From Candidatus Hydrogenedentota bacterium (GTDB lineage: Bacteria; Hydrogenedentota; Hydrogenedentia; Hydrogenedentales; SLHB01): DNA of 64,000 bases. How positions within the stretch are numbered: the stretch's first letter is position 1; every line of letters begins with the position of its first letter. The notes beneath the pieces were generated by a model. That model saw nothing but the letters and a program-made list of their open reading frames with translations. It searched no databases and was not told the DNA's origin. Below, piece by piece: positions 1 through 10,451 of this stretch. Where the stretch lies: contig CAXXYE010000009.1 in the NCBI GenBank assembly GCA_963674865.2, forward strand, positions 1,312,001 to 1,376,000, in the 5' to 3' direction. Both the position numbers and the translations under genes were made by a program.

Positions 1-974
1 TCTACGCTCACTGGGATGGGCTTATCGGGTGAGACAACCCAGTCTTCGACTTCGAATGCCAGGCTGCCGCGGAGGCCCGCAGGAGGCTTGGCTGCGGCAA
101 GGACCTGGGCCGCATCATTCACGCGTATCATGAGGCGCTGTAGGCGTTCGATGGGCACACGATCCCCGAACATCCTGTAGAGTAAGCTGGAGCACGGAAG
201 GTGAAGGTGGACGCTGGTGGTGTTGGGGACCTCCGCCAAGGCGCGCGCCAAGGCCGCTTCGACAAAGAGGTCCTCGCCCTGAAGCTCCGTTACGCTCACC
301 TGCACTCCCTGTGTGTGTTTGATTCTCTCGATGTTGAAGAAGACGTAGCCTTTGATCTCGCCATTGGGGCCGGGATAAACAAATCCGTTCTTGGAGACGT
401 CCTTCGGGCCGCGTTCGGCCCACCACGCCTGCGAACGCACGGTTTGTCCGTTCGTGCGCTTGGCGCAGGCGTCGTGACAGCGCCCGATGGCGGGCATGTC
501 GGATTTCTCCGCGGGCCGGGTCGCGTCGGAGGGGGCGTCGATGGTGCGTAGCGCGTCGGGGTAAACCCTCAAGAGCATGTCGGGATTGCCCGGGCCCCAG
601 CCCAGCCGGCCGTACCATTTGTACGAGAACGGCCAGAGCGGGCAGAGCCATTGGCCGCAATCCCGGAGGTGGTGAACGGCCCCCATCATCAAGGCGGCCC
701 CATGGCCCTGTCCCTGGTAAGCGGGCGTCGTGGCAACGGCCCCGATCGCTGCCGCCGGGACTTGGGCTTCACCCATCCAGAGCGGGCCGGGCATCATGAC
801 GAGTGCGCTCGATATCGTGCCGTCGGGCGTGACGCCGACAAGCGTGCGTTCCAAGGGCGCGCCGTCGAGGAAATCGCTATGAAATGCGCGTGTCTGAACG
901 CGACAGGCGGCGTCGCGCTCCTCCGGCCGCATAAGCCGAACTTCAAGATCTGTGGCGTGATGTGCTGTTTTCAT
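1..974 (-). CDS. Eis-family GNAT acetyltransferase, running off the window's left edge
   Basis: Not in the ORF track because it has no stop in the window. Manual translation from ATG at 974: MKTAHHATDLEVRLMRPEE...AAAIGAVATTPAYQGQGHGAALM...LWPFSYKWYGRLGW...RLMIRVNDAAQVL. This contains the GNAT acetyl-CoA motif and Eis-type LxPF..xY..xGW and MxRxxD motifs. Confidence 0.8.
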   Translation of the reverse strand, partial: MKTAHHATDLEVRLMRPEERDAACRVQTRAFHSDFLDGAPLERTLVGVTPDGTISSALVMMPGPLWMGEAQVPAAAIGAVATTPAYQGQGHGAALMMGAVHHLRDCGQWLCPLWPFSYKWYGRLGWGPGNPDMLLRVYPDALRTIDAPSDATRPAEKSDMPAIGRCHDACAKRTNGQTVRSQAWWAERGPKDVSKNGFVYPGPNGEIKGYVFFNIERIKHTQGVQVSVTELQGEDLFVEAALARALAEVPNTTSVHLHLPCSSLLYRMFGDRVPIERLQRLMIRVNDAAQVLAAAKPPAGLRGSLAFEVEDWVVSPDKPIPVSV

Positions 975-1104
975 TCGCGCATCCTATCATAATCTCACGG
1001 CATATCGAAGATGCCTCATCCGCTCGTTGGTGATGTCCTTTCTGACGCTCGGCGCCATGGGCGCTCAGCCTTGGAAGGCCGGATAAGAGGGAGAGCCGGT
1101 GACC

Positions 1105-3885
1105 TCAACCAGCTCTGATGATGAACTCCGCCGTGCGGAAAGAGGGACTCGCCGGCGCTTCGATGGTGAGTACACGGCGGCCTGCATTGAAGGCATGGGC
1201 GACGGGGGCGCCGTCCAGCGACACGACCTCGGGAGCTGGGAAAGGCCAGAAGACGCGGACAGGTACGGGTTGAGCGTGCTTGTACTTGAGGGCGAAGGTG
1301 AAGGTTCCGTCCGCAAGTGACGCGCCTTTCCCCATGAAGGATGTGCCCGGGATGCCGGTTTTGCTCCCGAGCACAATGGGCAGACGCTTCTGCTCGGCCG
1401 TGGCGGCGAAGGCGGGGAGTGACTCGACGATCACATGGCTCCACACGGAGTTGAGCCGGCTGTTTGACAAAGGCACGCCGCCCTCGTCCGTTTGGCTATT
1501 GAGCGCGCCGACCCAGGCGGCGTTGGCGGCGTAGAAGTAGTCGAGGTCGTTGGTGGCGAGGTAGGCCTGGAGCATGATGTTGCCCCAATGCGAAGTTGTC
1601 GCGTAGTTGCCGGTGATATGAAGTTCTGTGGGTATGGGTTGGCGCGATTGCCGACCATCCCGGCGATACCAGTAGGAGTTGGGAAAAGTGCCTGGGTTGT
1701 TGCCGTCGGCGGTTTCCTGCATGCCGAGGTGGTAGTCCACCGTCTTCATGAGTGTCCGCAGGATTTCTTCGTCCTTCGATGCGTGGTACAAGGGCCACAG
1801 TCCCATGGCCGTGTAACCGGCAAAGATGGGGGTATTGCGGTGTTCACGAGTGGCTTCGGGCACGCTGCGCCACCAGCCCTCCGGCTCCTGCCGGGGCGCG
1901 ATCCATCGGGCAAGTCGGAACGCGGTGTCGACGTATTGAGAATCGCCGGTTACCTCGTACATTCGCAGGAGCATCTTCGCGATGTACGCGGAGCGATACT
2001 GCACGCCGCCCAAGGTGCCGTCGACGCCGCCATCTTGCGGCTCGCCATCCTTCCAGGCGCGCACGCAGTAGTCGGCCATAGCCTTGGCCGTTTCGAACCA
2101 CCACGGATCGCCGGATACCAGGGCGGCGAGAAGAAGCCCTTCGAAGCGCTGGTAGACGTAGGGGTTGCAGAACCAGTCGCAGTAATAATGGCCGAGCCCA
2201 TTGCTCGGGCGGGCATGGCTGGTGGACACGTCAGCAAAAACTTGGGCATGGATGGGAGCGAATGAGGCGAGGGCGGCATCGCCGGAGCGCAGGTACTCCT
2301 GGTAGAGGGCGAGTACGATGTCCCCGTTACGATAGGTGAACCGGCCGCCGCTGAGCATATGCTCCGGCGCGATGTCGATCTCGTCGACATACATCTTCCG
2401 GAGGTCGGGCGTGGGCTCGGGCGTGAAGTACTGAAAGACCTCGCCGAAAACCATGCCGCCGGCGTGGAGATCGACTTCGTATGTGCCCTCGCCGCTTTTG
2501 TCGGGCCCGGGATCGGCGCCGCGTGTACAGCGGACATACTCTGCTCGGGGCACGCGGGCACGAGTGTAGTAAAGGGCCGCCTCGCGCGCCTCGTCATCGA
2601 ACAAGTGGGAGGCGGACTTCTCTTGGAAGACGCCCATGGAGGTCAGGAACGCGCGGTCATATACGACGTGGGACATGACTTTCACGGCGCGTGCGATGGC
2701 GGCCTCTCTGTCGGGGGGAGGGTCGAAGGCAAGCCAATACGTGAAGGTTCGCGCCATGCCTTCGCGAAGGCGCACGTCGGGGGGCGGCAAGACGGGAGAA
2801 GCTGCCACGTAATGCAGGAGGTGGAGTCGTTTGCCGTCGAAGGCGTATTCACTTGCGGCGTGCTTGTCCCCGGCGGCCATCTCCTGGAAGTGCGGGAAGA
2901 CGAGCATCAGCGAAGGACCGTCGGCAATACGCAGGGCGAGCCATTCTCCGAGGTTGTCGGCGACGCCTCGAGCGGCTGGGGCCAGCTCAGGGCTGCCGTA
3001 GCCGGTGTTGGCCCACCAGCGGAAGGCTTCCTGGCGGACAAACACGCCGGATGTGTCATGCGGGACGCCGTCTTCGAGTCCCGCGCAAAGACCGGTAACA
3101 TTATCGAGGCCCGCGACGACGGGGGCTATGCCGTTCAGGCGCAAATCCTGGGCGGTACGATTGATGAACCGCACATCACAGCGAACATACGGCGAATCCG
3201 CATAGAACCGGAATTCCTGATGAAGCTCGAGATCCTCGGTGAGCATCGAGGTGAACCGGATGGCCTTGTGGATGCGGCCGTCGTGCAGGAGGGTTGCGCT
3301 GCCATCGACTGGGGCAAGTCCGAACTCTTCCACTGGAAAGACGATCGGCCGCCAGCGGGAAGTGATTTGCACTTCCGTGTCCTTGATCTTCATCGCCGTG
3401 ATGCCTTGGGGAGTCAAGATCATGGCATAGTCCGTGTTCTCGACGAGCGCGGTGGTGCCCTTGAGGCGGAGGCGGAGCGGCGATTTCGGCCGGCGCATCT
3501 TCTTTCCCCAACGCAAGGTGAGGGTCCTCGAATCCTTGCCTGCGATGGGGTCGACGACACAGGACACGAGCGTCCAGCGGGCGGGCTGTGCCTGCCAGTT
3601 GCCCTCGGATGTGAAGTCAGCAGGGATCGGCGCGCCTGTTTCATCCAGAAGAGCAACGCGCCGCGGCGATGCCACCTGCCCCAAGGGAATGCCGAAAGTC
3701 ACAGGGACTCGTGGGAGCTCTTCCGGGAAGACGACGTGGATGGAAGTCTCTCCAACTGCGGCGCCATACATTGGCGTGACAATCCGGCCGGTTTCGCCAT
3801 GATCCGGCGGAGTCTGGGCCTGTGCGGCCCAAGCCAGCGACACAATGAGCGTGGTGAGGACGAACTGGCGGTTAGGTTTGGACAC
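1105..3885 (-). CDS. Large secreted putative glycan lyase/hydrolase (YetA/PcRGLX-like N-terminus plus alpha/alpha-toroid C-terminus)
   Basis: GTG at 3885 follows GGAGG. Sec signal QFVLTTLIVSLAWAAQA, VPVTFGIPLG motif, and helical-toroid repeats (YEVTGDSQY, YHASKDEEI, YLATNDLDY). Family assignment is by resemblance only. Confidence 0.55.
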   Translation of the reverse strand: MSKPNRQFVLTTLIVSLAWAAQAQTPPDHGETGRIVTPMYGAAVGETSIHVVFPEELPRVPVTFGIPLGQVASPRRVALLDETGAPIPADFTSEGNWQAQPARWTLVSCVVDPIAGKDSRTLTLRWGKKMRRPKSPLRLRLKGTTALVENTDYAMILTPQGITAMKIKDTEVQITSRWRPIVFPVEEFGLAPVDGSATLLHDGRIHKAIRFTSMLTEDLELHQEFRFYADSPYVRCDVRFINRTAQDLRLNGIAPVVAGLDNVTGLCAGLEDGVPHDTSGVFVRQEAFRWWANTGYGSPELAPAARGVADNLGEWLALRIADGPSLMLVFPHFQEMAAGDKHAASEYAFDGKRLHLLHYVAASPVLPPPDVRLREGMARTFTYWLAFDPPPDREAAIARAVKVMSHVVYDRAFLTSMGVFQEKSASHLFDDEAREAALYYTRARVPRAEYVRCTRGADPGPDKSGEGTYEVDLHAGGMVFGEVFQYFTPEPTPDLRKMYVDEIDIAPEHMLSGGRFTYRNGDIVLALYQEYLRSGDAALASFAPIHAQVFADVSTSHARPSNGLGHYYCDWFCNPYVYQRFEGLLLAALVSGDPWWFETAKAMADYCVRAWKDGEPQDGGVDGTLGGVQYRSAYIAKMLLRMYEVTGDSQYVDTAFRLARWIAPRQEPEGWWRSVPEATREHRNTPIFAGYTAMGLWPLYHASKDEEILRTLMKTVDYHLGMQETADGNNPGTFPNSYWYRRDGRQSRQPIPTELHITGNYATTSHWGNIMLQAYLATNDLDYFYAANAAWVGALNSQTDEGGVPLSNSRLNSVWSHVIVESLPAFAATAEQKRLPIVLGSKTGIPGTSFMGKGASLADGTFTFALKYKHAQPVPVRVFWPFPAPEVVSLDGAPVAHAFNAGRRVLTIEAPASPSFRTAEFIIRAG

Positions 3886-3976
3886 GATCAGGCCTCCCCA
3901 TGGTGCGGTTTCTCGATGTGCCAATAGGGCATCCAAGTCAACGCCGTATGCGGTGCGCAGCTGCTTCCTCGCCGAG

Positions 3977-6064
3977 CTACATTCCCGGCGACGCTCTCAA
4001 CGAGCCGCCTTTGATTCTTGGATCGCCTTTGAGGGCCATGGCCTCAATGGTAACGACGCCGTCTTCCCATACCACCGTGCCTGTTCCCATGGACTTCACC
4101 TTGACTGAGCCGCCGGGCACGGACAGTCTGAGGGGGCTTGGGCGGCCATTGTAGCCGGCGACCCATAACTTCGCTTCCGGATTGCCGTACAACCAGGCCG
4201 GGTGTTTGCCGCAGGTGAGGACGGCGTCGCCGACGGTGATTCTGCCGTCAGCTTCTTGGCGCGCCACAGGCGACTCTAGCATGGGCCAGCCGAGATCGCC
4301 TTCCTGGGTCCAGCGGCGTTTGAGTTCCCACGCGATAAGATCGACGTCGATGCCGAGGGACTGGCCCTCGCGCATGTATTCGATAGTCCACCGGCGCTGT
4401 TTATCGTCCATGTAACTTGTGACTGGCGGATCGGCTTGATCCGTTAGCACGCCGGAGGCAACCGCACGCGCGAAGGCCCGGACGCTCGGGTAGTCCGAAC
4501 GCTGGGCGACTTCCGCGTAGAAGCCGCACTGCGGCTCGCCGCGAAAGAAGCGACTTCGGCGCTCACTATCCCAGAAGATCTTCTCCGGGCCGAGGTAGTT
4601 GTACATTTCGAGGACAAGGTCGTCCTCGATGGCCGCAAGGCGCATGGGCGCGTCACAGCCTAAGTCGGTGCGCGTCAAGGGCCGCACAGCGATGAGCATG
4701 TCGCCGACGGCCAGGGCGACGATTTCACCGGGCGCAACCGAGACGGGCAGATCCTCGGCCCGGCTGTCGCCCACCCATATCTCGTCCACGAATGGCCGCT
4801 GGGTGCAGATGAGGTTCAGCTTGGCGGAACGGCACTTAAACGCGCTTGCGGGCGCGAGGCTTGCAGGATGTTCGAGGATGCGCGGGGCATAGAGAACAAT
4901 GGCCCGAGGACCCCACTGAGCGGCGAGGGCCTTGCCCGCGTCGGCCATGCGGGGGCGCTGGCTGCGGTCGGCGGGGTGTTCGGGATCGCCGAACCAGGTG
5001 TCGTCAATGAGGTAGCGGGTGTAGACGACGGCGGGTCGCTCGACCTGAGATAGGTGGGCGTGGGCTATGAATACGTCGGACTGGCGGCTTACCTCGCGCG
5101 TTGCGACGCCGAGCGCGAAGGAAGGTGTGTGATACGAGGTGGCTCCGATGCGCCAGTCCGCGTGGGCGGTTTCCACAAGTTGCATGGGCAAGGGCTGTGA
5201 TCCCAAGGCATGGCTCAACCACGAGGGGACGACGCCGTCATCGATCCATTTCTTCATGAACTCGATCTCGGGATCGTCTTCGCACACAACGGTATGGAGG
5301 TAGGCTCGGCTGTGCGGCCCGGCGAGGTGCCCGCTGGCCTGCTGGAGATGCATCGCGGCGCTGAGTGCAAGACGCGCGGCCATGGTGCGCGCGCGGACGC
5401 GGGTGGCGTCGTCCTTGACAAGGTCGCCCAAGATGTCGAGCGCGCCGATGGTTACGCGCATGTAGCCGGGGCTGTTGAACTCGTAAACGTTGCCATTTTC
5501 GGCGGTGAGGTCGGTGAGTCGCTCGAGCTTGGCATAGCCTCGGGCCGCGATCTCCGCGTCGTTCAGGAGTTCGCCCCCCAGGCAGGAGCTGAGGCAGTCC
5601 AGCGAGGCGATGTTGGTGTAGGTAATGGCCACGTCGAGGCGGCGGATGGCCTCACAGCCCCGGCGGATGCTCTCCAGGACGCGTTGCTGCATGGCAGGGG
5701 AGAGGCGGTTACTGTGGCGGATCATCATTGGAATGAGTGCGCGATGGGTGAAACCGGCGGCATTCAGGTCTTGCACGGCGGGGGCCTCGCGATACCAAAG
5801 GTAGTTGCCGTAGTGGGCATGGCCCGGACGGGTCTCCTGACAGGCCAGTACGGCGTCGAGAATCTTCTCCGCCAGGGCAATGTCCTCGGGCGTACCATTG
5901 GCGACGAGCGCCTCGGCCAAAGCGGCCGAATCCCGCACGGAATGATAGGAAACCGCCCCTCTGCTGCGTCCCAACATATTGACGCTGGGGTTGAATTCGT
6001 CGGGGAGGGCATATGGCGTCCCCACGAGGGTGGCTGCTGTCAACAGTGTAAGAAGAACTATCAT
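3977..6064 (-). CDS. Secreted hypothetical protein, heparinase II/III or alginate-lyase-like fold suspected
   Basis: ATG at 6064 follows AAGGAGAGG, which removes the overlap with corA. Short hydrophobic N-terminus; motifs YEFNSPGY and LAGPHSRAY. Confidence 0.5.
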   Translation of the reverse strand: MIVLLTLLTAATLVGTPYALPDEFNPSVNMLGRSRGAVSYHSVRDSAALAEALVANGTPEDIALAEKILDAVLACQETRPGHAHYGNYLWYREAPAVQDLNAAGFTHRALIPMMIRHSNRLSPAMQQRVLESIRRGCEAIRRLDVAITYTNIASLDCLSSCLGGELLNDAEIAARGYAKLERLTDLTAENGNVYEFNSPGYMRVTIGALDILGDLVKDDATRVRARTMAARLALSAAMHLQQASGHLAGPHSRAYLHTVVCEDDPEIEFMKKWIDDGVVPSWLSHALGSQPLPMQLVETAHADWRIGATSYHTPSFALGVATREVSRQSDVFIAHAHLSQVERPAVVYTRYLIDDTWFGDPEHPADRSQRPRMADAGKALAAQWGPRAIVLYAPRILEHPASLAPASAFKCRSAKLNLICTQRPFVDEIWVGDSRAEDLPVSVAPGEIVALAVGDMLIAVRPLTRTDLGCDAPMRLAAIEDDLVLEMYNYLGPEKIFWDSERRSRFFRGEPQCGFYAEVAQRSDYPSVRAFARAVASGVLTDQADPPVTSYMDDKQRRWTIEYMREGQSLGIDVDLIAWELKRRWTQEGDLGWPMLESPVARQEADGRITVGDAVLTCGKHPAWLYGNPEAKLWVAGYNGRPSPLRLSVPGGSVKVKSMGTGTVVWEDGVVTIEAMALKGDPRIKGGSLRASPGM

Positions 6065-6113
6065 GCTGTCCTCTCCTTCAGGCGTGTTGCCCTGCCACTG
6101 AGTGTCTCCGAGC

Positions 6114-7265
6114 CTACGGCTCTGTCTCGCCGCTGTGTCCGCAGGTTCTGTCGAGCCGTCCATCTGACGCCCCATCGGAGCCTCCCAGCCACCCCTTTCG
6201 CCAGAACAGGAAGATCTCGACGAGGGCAATGAGGAGCATGGCGACGATGAAGATGGGATAGCCCCAGTGCGAGCGCAGCTCAGGCATGTTCCACGGGGAG
6301 GCGTCCGGGTCGAAGTTCATGCCGTAGATCCCGGCGAGAAACGTGAGCGGGATGAACATGGTCGCGATGACCGTGAGAACCTTCATGACCTCGTTCATTC
6401 GGTTGCTGACGCTAGAGAGGTAGACGTCGAGCAGCCCGCCGGCGAGTTCGCGGTAGGACTCTATGAGGTCGGCAATCTGGATCGTGTGGTCGTAGCAGTC
6501 GCGAATATAGACCTGCGTGGCTTCGGTGATGCGCGGGTGGGCATTGCGGAGGAGGGTGTTGACGGCCTCGCGCAATGGCCCGATGGCGCGACGCACGGTG
6601 AGCAAGTCGCGTTTTACCTGGTGGATCTTTGCCACGGTCTCGGTGGTCGGCCGGGCGATGACGTCGTCTTCCAGGTTTTCGAGCAGGTCGCTTAGGTTGT
6701 CTAGGTAGGGGAAATAGCCGTCGATAACCGCATCGAGGAGGCAGTAGGCGAGGTAGTCCGCGCCCATTTCGCGCACCTTGCCGCGTCCGTCCCGGATGCG
6801 CTTGCGGACGCAATCGAGGCAGTCGCCGACGTGTTCCTGGAAGGTAAGCACGAATCGTTCGCCGAGAAACATGCTCATCTGTTCAGCCTGCACGGGATGT
6901 CCGGGCTCGATCATGCGGGCGACGATGAATAGCAGGTTGCCGTACTCGTCGACCTTCGGACGCTGGTGAACGTTGAGGACATCCTCGAGGGCCAAGCCGT
7001 GAACGCCGAAGAGATCGCCCACCTCCCGGATGGCGTCAACGTCGCCGAGGCCATCGACATTGACCCAGGTGACGGGCCAGCGCTCCAGAGCGTCATGGAT
7101 GGGTTTCAGGTCGGTAATCTCCTGTTCGATGAACTCCTCCGAGTTATAGGCGATCACGGTAAGGCGCGGCTTAGGAGACGAAGGGTCGAGCACCAACGTG
7201 CCCGGAGGGGCGCCGGGATGGATTCTCACGCGCTTGCGCAGGGCGGGGCGTTTGGGCCTATGCAC
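6114..7265 (-). CDS. corA: Magnesium/cobalt transporter CorA
   Basis: GAPPGTL N-terminus, HQRPKVDEY, MNEVMKVLT...GIYGMNF...MPEL signature. Confidence 0.95.
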   Translation of the reverse strand: MHRPKRPALRKRVRIHPGAPPGTLVLDPSSPKPRLTVIAYNSEEFIEQEITDLKPIHDALERWPVTWVNVDGLGDVDAIREVGDLFGVHGLALEDVLNVHQRPKVDEYGNLLFIVARMIEPGHPVQAEQMSMFLGERFVLTFQEHVGDCLDCVRKRIRDGRGKVREMGADYLAYCLLDAVIDGYFPYLDNLSDLLENLEDDVIARPTTETVAKIHQVKRDLLTVRRAIGPLREAVNTLLRNAHPRITEATQVYIRDCYDHTIQIADLIESYRELAGGLLDVYLSSVSNRMNEVMKVLTVIATMFIPLTFLAGIYGMNFDPDASPWNMPELRSHWGYPIFIVAMLLIALVEIFLFWRKGWLGGSDGASDGRLDRTCGHSGETEP

Positions 7266-7414
7266 TCCATCCTCCTCTCCCGTTCCGGTTCGACACCGGC
7301 CAAGTCATTCCCTGATAGACAAGCAAGTCATCAGTCTCTATGATAGACGAAATGAGAGAGGTCCGCCAGAGGTAAGCCGCCGGAGGGGTGTTGATGGACG
7401 AGACAAGAGGGGTC

Positions 7415-9703
7415 ATGCGCAGCGATCATCGAGGCTGGTGTCGGGGGACTTCTACGCTGCAATGGTGGATGGCGATGGCCCTTGTCCTTCTTGCTGTTTC
7501 CATTCCCGCACAAGGCAGCAGCGAGGCTTCGGCGTCGCCACAGGCCGATGACGCGGCGGCCATTCAAGCACGCATCGAGGAGCTTTCGGGACGCATCGCC
7601 GCGTCCGAGGCGGCAACAACTTCGGACATCGCCATGCAGCGCGGCGTGGCTGTTACGGATCTCGCGAACCGCGTCGAGCGGCTCAAGTCACTGCGAGACC
7701 TCTACGAGCAGCAGGGGGCCGTGTTGCGCCAGATCGAGGCGGCCACGAACGCCGTTGAGGAGGTCAAGAAACAGACGGCGGAATTCCAGGGATTGCCCGA
7801 GAAGCCGCCCTACGCGATCGCGTTTGTCGATTCTCTAGAGGATGTTCTGGACGCCCAAGTTCTGGAGCACGAGACGGATCAGAGCGATGTGGTGCGCGAA
7901 GGCGAGCGACTCAAGGAGGCACAACGCGCCCTTGATGAGGCCACGCGCGCACGGCGTCTGGCTAAGGAGGAACTGGAACGAGGCGCGGGCGGTGATGTCG
8001 CGCCGAAGCTGCAGTGGGAGTTTGAAGGCGCTGGCCTGGCTTACGATCTGGCCGAGGCGTCAGTGGCCCTTCAGAGGCGTCGCGAGGAATTGAGCAAACT
8101 CGTCGTCGAGGCGGACGAGGCGAGGCGCGATCTCCAGCAGCGCAAAGTCAATCTGGCGCGCGCGTCACTCCAGTTCCGGCGCAATGAGCTGGATGAGAAG
8201 ACTGCCGGCATCGCGGATCGCGCCAACAGGACTGAAAAGGAACTGCGTGAGGCGCAGATAGATTCCGATACGCGGCAGGCGCAGGTTCAGGAGGCCCGGG
8301 AGGCATTGCAGCAGGCGCGCGGCGAAGAAGCGATAGAAAGGGGCCGTCTGCTGCTCGACATGCGACAGGCCCAGGCACTGACGGCCGAACGCATCGCTTC
8401 GCTGCTTGGCGACTTTCTGAAGTACCTCTCCATGGAGAGCGAAATATGGCACGATCGCTTTGAGATCATCAACCATCCGCGAGATGTTGATCTGGCTGTT
8501 CTGGAGAAAGCTGCCAAGACGCGTCAGGAGACGCTGGCCAACTACCGGCAGAACCTTGACTCCAGAATGCGAGTGGTCCGGGCCTCGCTTGCCGAACAGG
8601 ATCAGCTTCTGGCCTCGTGGCAAGGCGCGAATAGCGACAAGTCCGTCGCGAAACAGAAGCTCGATGCCCTGACGCGACGCGATGAGCAGTTAGACCGTAA
8701 TCAGACGTACTTGGGAAACGTGGAGCGTCTCAACGCCCGCCTGCAAGAGGGAATTGCCGCACAGCGGCAGCACGTTGGTTGGGGCCAGCGTGTTCAGCGC
8801 GTTACCAGCGCCGCCAAGAAGGTTTGGGACTACAAGGTCATCGTTGGAGATGAACCGCTCACCGTCAAGGAGATTGTGGCGGCCTTGCTGATCCTGGTTT
8901 TGGGCGCGGCTTTGAGCCGGCGTGCCACCCGTATCCTGCGTAGGCAGGCGTTGGAGCGCTTCAAACTCGAGGCAAATGTCGCCGCGGTCATCGAGAAGCT
9001 AACCTACTACTTCCTCCTTATCTTCGTGGTGCTATTTGCCCTGCAAACGGTGAACATCCCCCTGACGGTATTCACCTTCTTCGGCGGCGCCTTGGCCATC
9101 GGTGTTGGTTTTGGTGCGCAGAATCTCATCAACAACTTCATCAGCGGCCTCATCCTGCTTGCCGAACGCCCCATCAAACTGGGCGATGTGGTCGAGGTGG
9201 ACGGAGAACGCGGCCGGATCGTCAATATCGGCGCGCGGTGCTCTACGCTGCACCTTTTCTCCGGCGTGGACATCCTCGTGCCGAACAGCGCGTTTCTGGA
9301 GAAGAACGTTGTGAACTGGACGCTATCGGATCCAGTCGTGCGCTTTTCGGTGACGGTAGGCGTCGCTTACGGCTCTCCTACGCGCGAAGTCTCGCAATTG
9401 ATAATGAAGAGCGTGGAGGAACACGGGAAGATCCTGAAGAATCCCGAACCGCTGGTGCTCTTCTCTGATTTTGGTGACAACGCGTTCATTTTTGATGTCT
9501 ATTTCTGGCTCATGATGACGACGATGATGGATGCACGGGCCGTCTGTAGTGATGTGCGTTTCCGTATCGACAAGCTGTTTCGCGAGGCGGGGATCACCAT
9601 CGCGTTTCCGCAGCGAGACATCCACGTGGATACACTCAGGCCTCTGGATGTTCGTCTGATCAAAGACGTGGAAAAAAGCGAACAGAAGGAGGAGGAGAAA
9701 TAA
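7415..9703 (+). CDS. MscS-family mechanosensitive channel with long periplasmic coiled-coil (MscK-like)
   Basis: Signal peptide, ~450-aa coiled-coil region, then GVGFGAQNLINNFISGLILLAERPIKLGD and FPQRDIH. Confidence 0.9.
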   Translation: MRSDHRGWCRGTSTLQWWMAMALVLLAVSIPAQGSSEASASPQADDAAAIQARIEELSGRIAASEAATTSDIAMQRGVAVTDLANRVERLKSLRDLYEQQGAVLRQIEAATNAVEEVKKQTAEFQGLPEKPPYAIAFVDSLEDVLDAQVLEHETDQSDVVREGERLKEAQRALDEATRARRLAKEELERGAGGDVAPKLQWEFEGAGLAYDLAEASVALQRRREELSKLVVEADEARRDLQQRKVNLARASLQFRRNELDEKTAGIADRANRTEKELREAQIDSDTRQAQVQEAREALQQARGEEAIERGRLLLDMRQAQALTAERIASLLGDFLKYLSMESEIWHDRFEIINHPRDVDLAVLEKAAKTRQETLANYRQNLDSRMRVVRASLAEQDQLLASWQGANSDKSVAKQKLDALTRRDEQLDRNQTYLGNVERLNARLQEGIAAQRQHVGWGQRVQRVTSAAKKVWDYKVIVGDEPLTVKEIVAALLILVLGAALSRRATRILRRQALERFKLEANVAAVIEKLTYYFLLIFVVLFALQTVNIPLTVFTFFGGALAIGVGFGAQNLINNFISGLILLAERPIKLGDVVEVDGERGRIVNIGARCSTLHLFSGVDILVPNSAFLEKNVVNWTLSDPVVRFSVTVGVAYGSPTREVSQLIMKSVEEHGKILKNPEPLVLFSDFGDNAFIFDVYFWLMMTTMMDARAVCSDVRFRIDKLFREAGITIAFPQRDIHVDTLRPLDVRLIKDVEKSEQKEEEK

Positions 9704-9728
9704 GGGCGTGAACCGGGCCGGTGCGTGG

Positions 9729-10451
9729 CTACAGGACGAAGCGAAATGTCATGTAGGCCTCGGCGGCTTCGACGGAGATCTCCCGTCCACGGACACGGGC
9801 GATGTATTCGACGTTTTGCACGCTTGAATGATGTATGGCGCTACGCATCTGTGAGCGGTGTATGGCAAGGGCTTCGAGCTTCTTGTCGAGGAACGCGGTG
9901 ATATCCACATAGAAGTTCGGATGGAACTTCTCGCGCTCAAGGCTCCAGAAGAGCGACGTGTTATCGTAGCCGATAACGATACGCTGGAACGGCTTGATGG
10001 AGGGCACGCCGGGGCGGGCGGCGGTAAATGCCGCGCGGAAGACGGCCTCGTGATCTTGGTTGTACGATGCCACGGGAATGGCCAGCATGGTGGGTCGAAC
10101 GCGGTCGAGGGCGAGCTTGCCTTCGCGCTCGATCTTGGCGATCAGTTCGCGCCGGGGAAGCACATCGAGGCGCAGGTGGGTGTCCGCGTCGCGATAGAGA
10201 ACGTCCCAATCATCCACTTCGAGGAATTGCATGACCTCGCCGAACTCACGCTCCCGGGTGGCTCCAGTGACGATGTCGCTTGTGCCGTCGTAGTGTTTAA
10301 GGTCGCCTACGGAACAGGCGACGACGTAGACCTCGCCGCCAAGGCTCTTGATACGAGCGATGGTGCCCGCGCATCCAAATGACTCGTCGTCGGCGTGGGG
10401 CGCGATCACCAGTAGGCGCTGTCCGGCCAGGAAGACATCATCAACGCTCAA
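9729..10451 (-). CDS. PIG-L/LmbE family de-N-acetylase
   Basis: IAPHADDESFG and NQDHE metal motifs; HRSQ near the C-terminus. Confidence 0.9.
   Translation of the reverse strand: MSVDDVFLAGQRLLVIAPHADDESFGCAGTIARIKSLGGEVYVVACSVGDLKHYDGTSDIVTGATREREFGEVMQFLEVDDWDVLYRDADTHLRLDVLPRRELIAKIEREGKLALDRVRPTMLAIPVASYNQDHEAVFRAAFTAARPGVPSIKPFQRIVIGYDNTSLFWSLEREKFHPNFYVDITAFLDKKLEALAIHRSQMRSAIHHSSVQNVEYIARVRGREISVEAAEAYMTFRFVL

Noticed and set aside
2359..3927. Long antisense or alternative-frame ORFs (e.g. 2359-3927, 15779-17047, 26991-28262, 56400-57539)
   Set aside because: They are shadows of real genes in high-GC DNA, with no recognisable motifs.
6065..6229. Apparent overlap of corA with the 750-aa ORF (similar N-terminal over-extensions at 12735-12917, 42580-42678 and 51174-51293)
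   Set aside because: Downstream in-frame starts, supported by Shine-Dalgarno sequences, stop/start coupling or domain boundaries, remove the overlaps.
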